In this document: positions 38,481 through 52,265 of the stretch, one piece after another
How the letters are laid out: every line of letters begins with the position of its first letter
Position numbering within the stretch: the stretch's first letter is position 1
Assembly (NCBI GenBank): GCA_951406725.2
Contig: OX597822.1
Location: 103,850,001-103,914,000, forward strand
Reading direction: 5' to 3'
DNA: 64,000 nt
From: Octopus vulgaris
Taxonomy: Eukaryota
Notes under the pieces: generated by a model
Databases searched by the model: none
Told to the model about the DNA's origin: nothing
What the model saw: the letters and a program-made list of their open reading frames with translations, nothing else
Program-made: the position numbers and the translations under genes

Positions 38481-39138
38481 TGACTTAAAATTGTATGATA
38501 GATTGCTGTCATTTCTTTCTCTCTTGCCTGTTTGTGTTTGCCTTTCAAGTGCTGTGGTTTTACTGAGATCTCCCTTTTAGTAGAAAGAATAGCTATTTCT
38601 AAATTCGGTGTGTGGTGAGGCAAATCGTTGCTAAACCCTTAATTACTTAGTATATGTATGTATATAGCTTTTAGTTGTTTCGGTCATTAGAATGCGGCGA
38701 TGTTGGGGTACAATTGTGTTTTACACATATAGTACGTTTGACAAACTTCTATTGCTGAGATTATATCTTTAAGAAGAACGCAGAATGCATTTAGGGTGGA
38801 TTTTACATAGCACATATAGCGGGTATTTTTGTGTTGAATTTCAAGAATGATATAATTTAATACAAAGTTTTCAACTCACCAAATCTTATATACGTACTTT
38901 CATACGCCACAGACAATTTGATTAGTCGGTGGATAATTTTCGAAAGTATATCATCGATAGAAAGAAAAAAATATATTGTATATAAAGTTTTGTATTAAAA
39001 GAAAATATTATCAAAGGCCTTTGTAAAGATCGAGTTTTAGCTTTACCCTACTGGCTAAAACACGACTCTCACTTGTGCTGGGGATGGGTGACAAATCACA
39101 CAGAAATTCTTGAGTTATATGTGTTGGTTGTTAATTTT

Positions 39139-40327
39139 TATATATATAAAACTGAGAATGTGATCTGTCTGTGTGTCTGTCTGTCTGTCAGTGTGTTTCC
39201 CTAAAACTTGAGAACTACACGACCAATTTCATTCAGATTTTACACATGCCTTACTTAGGGTCCGGGGAGTGTTATCAGCCAAAAACATTTTTAACTTTTT
39301 GCCTAGGGCGAGCCCACAGCAATATCATATCTTCTCCACTACGATTCCCTAAAACTTGAGAACTACACAACCAATTTCATTCAAATTTTACATATGCCTT
39401 ACTTAGGGTCCATGTAGTTTCATGGGCAAAAAAAGAAAATGTTCAACTTCTTGCCTAGAGCGAGCCCATAGCAATATCATATCTTCTCCACTATTTCAGT
39501 ATTACGTGTTAAAAGTGAAACAAAAACATTTCTCTATTTTATGCCAAATACTCTCACTTTAACAATAAAAATAATAATAACAATTGAATTATATGTAGTA
39601 AGTAATAATTAAAATCAAACTAAAGTATAATATAATCGTAACATAAAAAAAGTAAAAATAGCAATTGGTATAAAATTGCATCAATGACTTGAACTTGAAT
39701 AAATGGTTTCACATGAATGGGAATAAATTAAAAATAAAATTAGCGTGCAGAAATGGAATAGTCCAGATGGATAATAAGAAATTAAATTAAAGAAAATACT
39801 ATTGTCTATAAAGTATACAATGTAGAGAAAGAAGAAGATTTGAACACCTGGAGGAAAGCAGCTTCGAAAAGTGTCTTGGTGCGACTATGAAAGGTATCTA
39901 ATCAGAGGCGGTAAATTCGCCACAATAGAAGCAAGATTCGAGTCAACGAATCGTGCAAGGGAGTACTCGACTCGAACTTGCAAAGTGGAAATATTTTATT
40001 TTTACCTTTATATCTGGGACGTAGGACGTCCCGGAAAAAAATTTAAAATGCCCCCCCTCCCCCGAAGTAGAGGTAGGCTGGATTGTAGCCACACTTCTAT
40101 ACAAGAGGGAGGACAAGATACAATTGATCGAAATTACAAGAGATGGGTTAACAATTCCAGTCTGTTATATATTTTGAGTATTGTTATCACTAGCGATATC
40201 AAGATATAACTTTGTACTTTGTATTTTATGTGTAGATGTATATATATATATAGATGTACATGTAATACGTACACATATATACATGCACTAGCACTATGAC
40301 CCGGCAACGACGGGTCTTTAATGCTAG
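39139..40327 (+). mobile_element. Non-autonomous Helitron with an internal ~150-bp tandem duplication
   Basis: TATATATAAAACTGAGAATG start; unit repeated at ~39197 and ~39345; GACCCGGCAACGACGGGTC hairpin then CTAG|T; segments shared (inverted) with 53680-54175. Confidence 0.75.
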
Positions 40328-42076
40328 TAATTGATAAAATTGAGTGAAGGTACTAAGAATGACGCAAATACAGATTTTGCTCTAAAATACAAAGATTTCA
40401 ATAACAAACTAGTACTAAACTGATTTATTACTGTTCAGCATACCAGAATGCTCATTATGCAAGATGTTACTTTTATTAGCATAAACACATTTTTACTCCA
40501 AAAACATTTTACCCAAAAGAGTGATGCATATAAATTCTTATTTGAATACAGTTTACATTTTGGATAAGGGTGATTATTACTTTATTTTATTATCCTTGTA
40601 TTTTATTATCCTTGTATTGTTGGATGTTCAAGTAGAGATTTTTAATCAAATCTCGTGGATTTGGCGAGATTTGAGCTCAGAGTATATAGTAACGTTTTCA
40701 ATATTACCACGGCGCAATACGACCTATGCTCACCCGTTTCTGTCGTAATAAATTGAGTGTGAGTAAATCGATAGATGGAGTATATAGGAGTGAGTATGGT
40801 GATGTAGAGAATACTTACAATACTATGAAAATGTCTATTGTAGCTCTCGAAATCTCTAAGGATATTAAAGAAATATTAACTGTTTTTGTTCAACCTTGTA
40901 ATCTATCAACGGAAACTGGTTCTCCATCCAACAACTTTTACGATGGTTCATTTAATTCATCCGTCAAATGCAGTTAACTAATGGGTGAATCTGTCATGTA
41001 GAATGTTTGTATAAAGAATATATACCCTCGGGCTTTTTTCATCAATGAATGTCAATACAGATTTATAAGTTTTCTGTAATTTCAGCAAGTTTATTGTAGC
41101 TTCTCAAAACGTTTCTATATGAGATATTTATTCATTTATTTATCTATCTATTCATTCAGTGGAAATTTCATGTAAGCCATTATAGACGGATGAAGGTATA
41201 TAATAATACTTATACAAAAGAATAACCAGAGAACATAGCCACAAAAACTAGAGAAAAGAACAAGAAAATGAATTGAAGTAATAATACCTAAGAATGAAAT
41301 ATTTCTATGAAAACCTTTTGTATTATACGTGAATAGGAAAAACTTAGTGTTTCGTTAAATATAATTTCACCTCCATTAAAGCCATTTTCAAAATGTCTTC
41401 TCAGTCGAGTAGTATGATACAAAAAGTGTTCATGTGTTTCTTCGTTACAAAGTTGAACCATGTTCAATAATGTTAGTAAACAACACGCACAATAGAAAAA
41501 ATTGAGACACTTTGATTACTTACTAGATTGCGATGGTATCTGGATCCCTTAAGAAACAATACAGCAGATATAGTGCAGGCAGGTCACAGATATATTACAA
41601 AATATGAAAGGGAGTGTTAGACATGATAACTAGACATGAAAACGATAGTTTGACAAGAAAGCAGAACATGAAAAGGTATTGATTTGAATAAATAACTACC
41701 ATAGGCATTAGTAGAATATGGAGACAATGCTACCTTTAAGTGACAAACGAAACCAGTTTGTAGTCATAGTCCCTTATGAAATTAGTTATCACACAACAGT
41801 GTCCGATTGTGTGCTAGAGAATACAAATGTTTAGAATAGGATTATTTATAAAACATATGTTTTCATTTTGGAATTTTATGAGTTGTTTGGGATGTAAGAA
41901 ACGGTGTCAGATTGGTCATAAATGACCAGTCGGTTCTGATATTGCATATTTTCCTGAATTTTTCAGTTTCGGATTTTCCTTTCAGATTTTTTACGTGCAT
42001 ATTTTACGCAGCATTCATTTGGGTTTCAAAGACAGAATATCACCAATAATCATATTTATATTCAGAATATCACTAA

Positions 42077-42490
42077 TAGGCGCAGGAGTGGCTGTGTGGT
42101 AAGTAGCTTGCTAACCAACCACATGGTTCCGGGTTCAGTCCCACTGCGTGGCACCTTGGGCAAGTGTCTTCTGCTATAGCCTCGGGCCGAGCAAAGCCTT
42201 GTGAGTGGATTTGGTAGACGGAAACTGAAAGAAGCCTGTCGTATATATGTATATATATATATATATGTATATGTTTGTGTGTCTGTGTTTGTCCCCCTAG
42301 CATTGCTTGACAACCGATGCTGGTGTGTTTACGTCCCCGTCACTTAGCGGTTCGGCAAAAGAGAACGATAAAATAAGTACTGGGCTTACAAAGAATAAGT
42401 TCCGGGGTCGAGTTGCTCGACTAAAGGCGGTGCTCCAGCATGGCTGCAGTCAAAATGACTGAAACAAGTAAAAAGAAAAAGAAAAAAGAA
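42077..42490 (+). mobile_element. SINE D
   Basis: Full-length; flanked by an ~30-bp duplication ATCATATTTATATTCAGAATATCACTAATA. Confidence 0.92.
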
Positions 42491-42696
42491 AATGATCATA
42501 TTTATATTCAGAATATCACTAATAATCATATTTATATAGTGACATGCGGTTACATTTTTTGTTTTGGTATAGAGAGAAGAGTCGAAAACATCATCCTTAG
42601 TATTTAACTGGTCAGTAAATTGGGTCAAATGTTTCTTCACAAAGTTTCCGAGTCTAATCGCGCGCATGTCTGTGGGTCAGTGTGTGCGCATACACA

Positions 42697-43012
42697 TGTA
42701 TGTATGTATGTATGTACGTACGTACGTATGTATGTATGTATGTATGTATGTATGTATGTATGTATGTATGTATGTATGTACGTATGTATGTATGTATGTA
42801 AGTACGTATGTATGTATGTATGTATGTATGTACGTATGTATGTATGTATGTATGTATGTATGTATGTATGTATGTATGTATGTATGTATGCATGTATGTA
42901 TGTGTGTGCGTATGTATATATGTATGTGTGTACGTTTGTATGTATGTATACTGCATATACATGCGTTTGCGTGTTTGTGTGTTTTTATGTGTGTGTGTGT
43001 GTGCATGTATGT
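42697..43012. repeat. (TGTA)n/(TG)n microsatellite
   Basis: Directly visible. Confidence 0.97.
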
Positions 43013-44541
43013 GTTTATTTCAATTTTGAAAAATAATAGAAAATAATTTTAAAAAACTGCATTATTTATGGGATGATCGAATATGTACAATGAATAAAAT
43101 CATTCAATATGTATAGCAAATAATAAACTATTTGTAAACTTCCTTGCATTCGAAACATTATGCACAGTTGAATAAATCAAATGAACGTACAGAAAAGTAT
43201 GATGAACAACTGCGTGTGGATTTAGTATCGTTATTAATTCTGGTCGCTGAGCGTTCAATTGTCAATGATTTAGCAAGGCAAAACTTTAACGGACTTCACA
43301 TATATAAGTCAATTTAGAAAAGAAGTTTTTGTTAAGATTCAAACCCATTTCAAGCATGTTTTCAGAGTTGTCCTTTTTATCACATTTCTGATTTGTAGTC
43401 AAGCGAAAATTCTTCGAATATTTCTAATCCAATTTAAGTATAATGGCTTCAGAGTTGTTAGTTCTCTAGTTTGTCATCAAAGAAAAGATCTTAGAACGTC
43501 TTATAAGATGAATTCTTTATAGTTTTACTCCTTCATAAGAGATAAACTTTTTCTTTGGAACAGTATATGTGATGCAATCATTTGGTACCACACTCTCTTT
43601 AATAAAGCTAATACCTTCCTTTTCTCCACTTCAATATCTCCGATTATTATGCCTCTGTCTTCTTGATGCCACCCACTGATGTCTTCTAATTAAAAACTGC
43701 ACGCCAATAACCACCCTTCTACATCTTGTCCATTTTTCTTTATGTTTCTTACTTTACCTCCCATTCTATCTCTCTTAACTTAGTTTTCCATATAAACAAT
43801 GTTTCACATTACGTTAATCGCCAGAATCTTTTGATGAGAATAACATGATGTTGCATCACGGATATCTAAAATCTGTGTTGATCTATGGACATACATTATT
43901 ATTCTACTTATTATTTGGTTATGACACTGGTTATTATTTATCCGAAACAGCTGTAAAGGTAAGACTTGATTGCCTCATTCATATATTCCTATACACATGC
44001 TATCAGGTAAATAGACTCCTTATGCTTAGTTTTGTTTATCGATCTTTTACACTTCTTTACTCTATCGGTGAAGATCCGACTTTCTAAGCGATAAATTTCG
44101 TTGTTACTTAACGGCTTATCTGAAATCTCTAACGTTTCGCTCCTAAGATACTGAGAAATAATAGTGGAAGTCTACACTTTCAAGAGTAAACAAGACCATG
44201 TAAAGTCTCTTATATATAACCCAATTAGTATTTGTTACACTAGCGATTATTACTCTACCTTCTTCCTGACACAACAATGGCTTTTGTTCTTCAGTAATAG
44301 TATGTCGCATGCTGCCCTGCCATCAAACTTATCCCACAGATTTGTTTCTTTTACTCTCTTCACCCGTTGCCGGCTTCAGACTAGCCGCTCTCCCCAGTCT
44401 TTGTTCACCTTAGAATGTCAACAGTTCGGAATTTACTTGCCCTTATTTTTTTCCATACAATTGTTACCTTACATCAATCACTGTAATGTTCCAAGTCCCG
44501 AAGAGCATTAAGTAGCAATGGACACAATTACTTCCTAACAG

Positions 44542-44587
<46 letters not shown>

Positions 44588-44622
44588 TGATGCTGACACC
44601 CTAACCACTAAGCCACGCACCT

Positions 44623-44670
<48 letters not shown>

Positions 44671-44675
44671 TATAT

Positions 44676-44710
<35 letters not shown>

Positions 44711-44711
44711 C

Positions 44712-44968
44712 ATATATTATATTAAATTAGAGATAAAACCACTATTAGGCAAATCATACAATGAAAAACTTAAGCCAATACATAAGATTAATTAATTTAT
44801 ATTATTTTAAATATATATCAAAATTATTAAAAAAGATAATTAATTATCTTTTTTAATAATTTTGATATATATTTAAATAATATAAATTAATTAATCTTAT
44901 GTATTGGCTTAAGTTTTTCATTGTATGATTTGCCTAATATGGTTTTATCTCTAATTTAATATAATATA
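44712..44968. repeat. Near-perfect spacerless palindrome within (TA)n
   Basis: Centre GATAATT|AATTATC at 44841/44842; continues into a segment (44975-45062) also present at 36695-36782. Confidence 0.92.
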
Positions 44969-45082
44969 ATATAATATAATATAATATTTTACTATAAAAT
45001 TGGATTCAATCCTAAATCTGATTTTTCCCTGTAAGTTTGGATTTATTCCCTAATATTTTATTATATATACATATATATATAA

Positions 45083-45324
45083 GGTGGAGGCGCAAGGCTT
45101 AGTGGTTAGGGTGTCACCATCATGATCGTAAGATTGTGGTTTCGGTTCCTGGACCGAGCGACGCGTTGTGTTCTTGAGCAAAACACTTCGTTCCACTCAG
45201 CTGGCAATAAATGAGTAACGGTGTGATGGACTGGTGTCCCATCCAGCTTGGGAACACATACGCCATGAAAACCTGGAAACCAGGACCATGTGCCTGGCTA
45301 GGCTTTAAAAGGGCGCATTTATTA
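45083..45324 (+). mobile_element. SINE (head B, tail 2)
   Basis: Head GCTTAGTGGTTAGGGTGTC..CATGATCG; tail GATGGACTGGTGTCCC...GGCTAGGCTTTAAAAG. Confidence 0.85.
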
Positions 45325-45331
45325 TTGTGTG

Positions 45332-45374
<43 letters not shown>

Positions 45375-45487
45375 ATATATGTATGTATGTATAATCAAAG
45401 TAGCAAGTTGTAAAATCTCAAGAAGAGATCAGAGTAGTAATTATACTAATAGGTAAAGTTAACCGACATATCTGTATACATATATAG

Positions 45488-45782
45488 GTGAAGGCGCATG
45501 GTTATAGATATCTGAGTCACGATCGTAAGCTTATGAGTCAAATTACCGGCGGATCGATGCAAGATGCTTTATTTCACATTACTTCAATTCACTCAGCTGG
45601 CAAAAATGAGTAGTACCTGTAATACAAAGGGTCCAGCCTTGTCCCATTCTGTGTCTCATTGAAGCTCCCTGAGATATACATTAAAGGGACGCGTGTCTGT
45701 GGAGTGCTCAGCCACTTGCAAGTTAATTTCTCGAGCAAGCTGTTGCCTTGATCGGATCGACTGGAACCCTCGACGAAGTGCC
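45488..45782 (+). mobile_element. Diverged SINE (head B, tail 1)
   Basis: Similar to 2147-2472. Confidence 0.75.
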
Positions 45783-45802
45783 GGTAGTTTATGCATGAAT
45801 AT

Positions 45803-46422
45803 CTTCTATCTTTTGCTTGTTTCAGTCATTAGACTGCGGCCATGCTGGGGCGCCGACTTGGAGAATTTTTTTAGTCAAATGTATCAACCCCAGTACTTAT
45901 TCTATCGGTCTTTTGCCTACCGCTAAATTACGGAACATAAACACACCAGCACCGGTTGTCAAACGGTGGTTGAGTCAAACAGACACAGTGACACACCTAC
46001 ATATACACGACGGGTATTTTTAGTTTCCTATTTCTTTACTACCCACAAGGGGCTAAACATAGAGAGAATAAACAAGGACAGACAAACGGATTAAGTCGAT
46101 TACATCGGCCCCAGTGTGAAACTGGTACTTTATTTATCGACCCCGAAAGGATGAAAGACAAAGTCGGCCTCGGCGGAATTTGAACTCAGAACGTAACGGC
46201 AGACGAAATACCGCTAAGAATTTCGCCCAGCGCGCTAAAGTTTCTGCCAGCTCGCTGCCTTAATTTTCAGTTTCCATCAACCAAATCAACTCTAAAAAGC
46301 TGTGGTCTGCCTGAGACTATTGTAGAAGATTCTTGCCCTAAGTACCACGCAGTAAGACTGAACTCGGAACCATGTGATTGGGGGGAAGCAAACTTCTTAC
46401 CACGCTCTCACATCTCTGCCTG
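45803..46422 (-). mobile_element. SINE D split by a SINE C insertion (46029-46262, minus)
   Basis: D tail at 45803-46028, D head at 46263-46422; duplicated TTTT(C/T)AGTTTCC around the inserted C copy. Confidence 0.85.
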
Positions 46423-46439
46423 TATATATGTATAAATAT

Positions 46440-46752
46440 CCATCACCATCACCATCACGTGACCGACCAGACCATCAGATGTTGTTACACATCGCTGGTC
46501 ACAATGCGTTCGCATTGTTTTAGCCTTCGAATGACGCCACCCCGCTGGCTAAGCGAGCAGGCCAACAGAAGAATGAGTGGGAGAAAGAGTGGTGAAAGAG
46601 TACAGCAGGGATCACCACCCCCTGCCGAAGCATCGTGGAGCTTTTAGGTGTTTTCACTCAATAAACACTCACAACGCCCTGTCTGGGAATCGAAACCGCG
46701 ATCCTACGACCGCGAGTCCGCTGCCCTAACCACTGGGCCATTGCGCCTCCAC
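46440..46752 (-). mobile_element. SINE (head A, tail 3)
   Basis: Head A with a different 3' half ending in (TGG/TGA)n; TSD ATATGTATAAATAT. Confidence 0.88.
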
Positions 46753-46972
46753 ATATGTATAAATATATGCGTATGTATATGTGTATGTATATACAAAACG
46801 GAGTGTTAAAAAGTAATTAATACAGATTCACGATATGTTAAGATATCGAATGTTCAAGCGTCATCGGCCTCTGCTTATCGTCTGTTATCAGCTGATCGAA
46901 AATCGCGAATCGCTGTCGCTCTAGTATTATTCATCTTAAATTATGCTTTAATATTATTCATCGTTAATTATG

Positions 46973-47198
46973 CGAGCAGGCAGAATCTTTAGCACACCGG
47001 GCGAAATGCGTAGCCGTATTTTGTCTGCCGCTACGTTCTGAGTTCAAATTCCGCCGAGGTCGACTTTGCCTTTCATCCTTTCGGGTTCGATTAAATAAGT
47101 ACCAGTTGCGCACTGGGGTCGATGTAATCGACTTAATCCATTTGTCTGTCCTTGTTTGTCCTCTCTGTGTTTAGCCCTTTGTGGGTAGTAAAGAAATA
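46973..47198 (+). mobile_element. SINE C (Tx1-like tail)
   Basis: TSD GTTAATTATG. Confidence 0.9.
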
Positions 47199-47866
47199 GT
47201 TAATTATGGATATGTATATAGAGTGTGTTGTAGACCATGGTGATAATTGAACTAAGAATGAAATACACGGGAAATAAATACCGTAATGATTCCGCCAGTT
47301 CACCACTCAAGTCCGGTTTTTATATCTTTACCTAGGGAAGGAGAGAAGGGAAAGTTGACCTGAGCGGGAATTGAACTCACGACATAAATAGTGAAAATAA
47401 ATACAAACAAGGCAGTTAGTTTGAAGTTCTAATACTTCTGCCGGTTCACATTCGTAAGAATTAGCAACATTGTACTACAATGGTTCGTAAACATTTATTT
47501 TATTTATGTTTACGACTGTAGAAATAAGATAAGAAACATCTGCCCTGAATCCTCATCAAACTATAGAAAATATAATCATCATAGATATAAAAAGATATAA
47601 CACACACACAAAAAAAAAAATAATAAATAGTAAACGGTATAACGAAGTATAGATCTTATATAAAGAATACATAATTAAAAAACAAAACACGTATTATTTA
47701 GGAGAAAGTAAATGCTTTATTAAAATAATGGAAACAAGAAAGCGTAGAATTTTATATATTTTTTTGATATAATAGAGGACAAGATAATAAGAAAAAAACT
47801 AAGATGTAAAAACATAAAGCAGCAGGTGGTTTAACTTAGTACAAGAGGTTTCCAAAAAGTCTTTCA

Positions 47867-47869
<3 letters not shown>

Positions 47870-47917
<48 letters not shown>

Positions 47918-48010
47918 CATATGTACATACATATATATATATGTATATATATGTATTTATATATATCTATATGCAATGCTCATATTTATGTGTGTGTATG
48001 TGTGTGTGTA

Positions 48011-48106
<96 letters not shown>

Positions 48107-48190
48107 GATATTCTCTCTCCCTTTCTATCTATCTATCTCTCTCTCTCACTGTGAGTGTGTGTATAATGAAAAAGTAACTTGAAGTACATG

Positions 48191-48268
<78 letters not shown>

Positions 48269-48345
48269 ATATATATATGTGTGTGTGTATGTATGTATGT
48301 ATGTATGTATGTATGTATGTATGTATGTATGTATGTGTGTGTGTA
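47870..48345. repeat. Compound (CA)n/(TA)n/(TGTA)n microsatellites
   Basis: Directly visible. Confidence 0.95.
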
Positions 48346-49321
48346 CCTTTACTACTTATATAGTGTCTGACTTGCAAAAAAATCCTCTTCAATTCCTCTC
48401 AAACAATAGAATCAAAATATTCTGTTTTTTAACATCGGGAAACAAAGGCATGCATACTGTCATTGTAATTGGAAACCCAACGCTTCCGGTAGTGGATCTC
48501 CGTCGTTTGACGATGAGGCTACATTTTTTTTTTCGATCAACTTCATTACCTATTCCTCAATTAAGGTCTAAGCTGATGTATATTCCACACACTTCTGATT
48601 TTTTGAAATTAGTGTGACAAAGTGCGTAACACAGTGTGTCACCAAGCTGTAACTTCTGAATTACAGCAACAATCCACCCGGCAGGCTTCTTTTTAGTTTC
48701 CATCTACTCGATTTCATTCACAAAATACGAATCGATCCGAAGTTATAAAGAATTCCATTAGCGCAAGATCTCGCGTAGTGAGATCGAACCCCGGATTACT
48801 TTCCCATTTAGCCATACCTCGCCTACATAACTCCCTATAAGATCCTAAATCTGCCATAACATTTTCATAGTTGCGTAGGGCCAAGTCAGCCTTGATCAAG
48901 TGGACATTCTAGACCTGGCCATCACATCTGTTTAGACATGTAGTAAATTACCCCATATGTCATTAATTTATTTTACAAAATTATGGTGCAATTTAAGAAA
49001 AGCTGGCTCTGTTTTTCAGCAGATTGAGGCCCGATAGTGAACACGAAGGGTGGAAAGTTATGGAAAATATAAATTCTAAACTGTCACTACTGCTTTGAAA
49101 TAAAGTATCTTTAAAGAATCGTAAGGAAGGAATTAGCGTTATGTGAGTGAAGTATTAAATGGCTTACAGCAACATGTAATTTTGTTTGTTTTTGCTTTAA
49201 CAAGAATACATGCGAAAGTCTTTCAAAGATACTTTAAAGCTATGTATATTCTTATAAACGAATGAGACGGAAGCTGTTTCCGGTTGGGTTAAAGTACAAC
49301 AAAACCACAAAATCAATAAAA

Positions 49322-49403
<82 letters not shown>

Positions 49404-49433
49404 CAAAATAAGCAACAAGGATATCCAAGGTAG

Positions 49434-49517
49434 CGTAGTACAATCGATTCATGCTACTTCATTTTATTAAACACTGTATTACATCAGTTTTCAAATGTCG
49501 GGCAATCTTCAGCCACA
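49434..49517 (-). ncRNA. Degenerate hammerhead motif in an insert between microsatellites
   Basis: Minus: UGUGG-CUGAAGA-UUGC...GCAU-GAAU-CGAUUG-UA-CUACG; GAAA is mutated to GAAU. Confidence 0.4.
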
Positions 49518-49580
49518 TATAGAATTTTTTAATTAAACAGACAATGTACATTTTTATACTTATTTCATTTGCCAACATTA

Positions 49581-49640
<60 letters not shown>

Positions 49641-49644
49641 CATA

Positions 49645-50402
<758 letters not shown>

Positions 50403-50409
50403 AATAATG

Positions 50410-50480
<71 letters not shown>

Positions 50481-50481
<1 letters not shown>

Positions 50482-51212
50482 TTACCAAAAAGAAATTACC
50501 AAAAACATGTAATGAAAAGAAATATTACAAGTAACTGCAGAATATGTGGAGATGGACAAGAAACAATAAATCATATTATCTCTAGCTGCCCAGTCCTGGC
50601 TAAGAAGGAATATATTCACAGACATGACAGAGTTGGAACTTACATACATTGGAAGCTATGCCAACATTATGGAATAACAACAGAAAAAAGATGGTATAGG
50701 CACACACCAGAAAAGGTCACAGAAAACGAGAAAGCAACCATACTCTGGGATATGCCGATACACACAGATAGAGAAATTAAGGCCAATAGACCAGATATAG
50801 TTGTCAGAGACCATGAAGAAAAAAATGCTTTCTAATTGATGTATCAGTACCGGCAGATGACAACGTGTCTCTAAAAGAAATGGAGAAACTCTCAAAATAC
50901 AAAGACCTGGAAATAGAGGTAACCAGAAAGTGGAATGTAAAAACAGAAACAATCCCTATCATAGTAGGTGCATTAGGCATGATAAAAAAATATTCAGACA
51001 AATACATAACAAAAACACCAGGACTTACAAACACATATAACATACAGAAAATTGCACTACTAGGCACTGCACACATCCTACGCAGAACACTTTCCATACA
51101 ATAACCATCAGAGCATCACAACAAATCACAGCACATACCCAAGGCACACAGAGCTGCGCTCGGTAGTGAAGTGAAAGCACGCTATAAAAATAAAAATAAA
51201 ACTACTGAATAA
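50481..51212 (+). mobile_element. 5'-truncated R4/Dong-type RLE retrotransposon in (AAT)n
   Basis: CRICG..QETINHIISSC (CCHC), YIHRHD, NRPDIV..D (PD-D/E nuclease), KLSKYKDL; one frameshift at the A-run near 50820. Confidence 0.9.
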
Positions 51213-51254
51213 TAATGATAATAATAATAACCCAGGTTCGAAATTTCCCTAAGT

Positions 51255-51296
51255 CACCTGATGATGGCTAAAGGGTAAATCAGCTGAAAGGTTGTG
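51255..51296 (+). ncRNA. Degenerate minimal hammerhead motif
   Basis: CAC-CUGAUGA-U-GGCU[AAAGGGUAAAUC]AGCU-GAAAGGUU-GUG. Confidence 0.5.
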
Positions 51297-51455
51297 TTAA
51301 CAACAAACAAGATGAGGACAAATATCCGTCAAATGTAAATAATGTAAATAATGATCATTGTGGGTAGTCTAACAGCTATGATATTGGCTGATGGAACCTC
51401 ATCCGTCAAAGTCAACGGAATCAGTCAATTACACACATACACACATACGCTCACA

Positions 51456-51493
<38 letters not shown>

Positions 51494-51622
51494 CGCACAC
51501 ACACACACATACACACACACACAGAGACTCACATACCGCACACACACACACACACACTCACACACGCACACACACACATGTATGTACATACTGTTTGTAG
51601 TGCTGGACAAATTTTATATACT

Positions 51623-52250
51623 AACAAAAGCACTCAGAGAGCGCAAGCCTCCTCCGCCAAGGCAACACCAACGTCCGCTCAAGGATTAGCCGGAGACGAA
51701 TTTTAAAATGAGAATACCTGAAATAAACTCGACTGCTCTCACAAACGAAAATACTAAAAATGAACTCGACCGCTCTCAAAAATTAGTAAAAGAACCGGGA
51801 AAATAATCCAGAATCCTAGTCCGTTTTAAATGAATAGCATGAGATCTTTTGGGTTTCTCTTAAATTCCGGCCTTCCTTTAATATTCCTATAGTTTTAGAT
51901 CGATGTATAGAATTATGTATATATGTAAGTATATTGTAAAGTGTTAATATGTATGTATATATTATAGGGGAGATAGTATAATATAATATAAGGGAGGTAA
52001 TCAGAGAAAGATTTGAAAGACTTCATCTAAAGTAAAGTAAAGTAAAGTAAATAAAACAAAAAATAATCTAGAATCCTTGTCCGGTATCGGATCGATCCCA
52101 AAATCTAATCGGTTCGTGCCAGCCACGAGACCAAACATTCCTGAAAGTTTCATCCGAATCCATCAAGCGGTTCTTGAGATATCTTGTTCACGGACAAACA
52201 AGCAAACGCGACCGAAAACAGTACCTCCCCTTCGATAGACCCGGAGGTAA
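51623..52250 (+). mobile_element. Helentron/HINE-like non-autonomous element
   Basis: 5' AACAAAAGCACTCAGAGAGCGC..CCTCCGCCAAGG; 3' GACAAACAAGCAAAC..TACCTCC...GGAGGTA hairpin. Confidence 0.55.
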
Positions 52251-52265
52251 TAGTAGAAAAAAAAA

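Larger units (their letters stand above)
37802..38646. mobile_element. Fold-back of Penelope-like pseudo-LTRs (arms 37802-38184 and 38281-38646, 96-bp spacer)
   Basis: Near-identical inverted arms (one ~17-nt indel, few substitutions), each containing a hammerhead. Confidence 0.8.

Noticed and set aside
44125-44150. GAAACGUU half-motif on the minus strand
   Set aside because: No matching CUGANGA or stem II partner.
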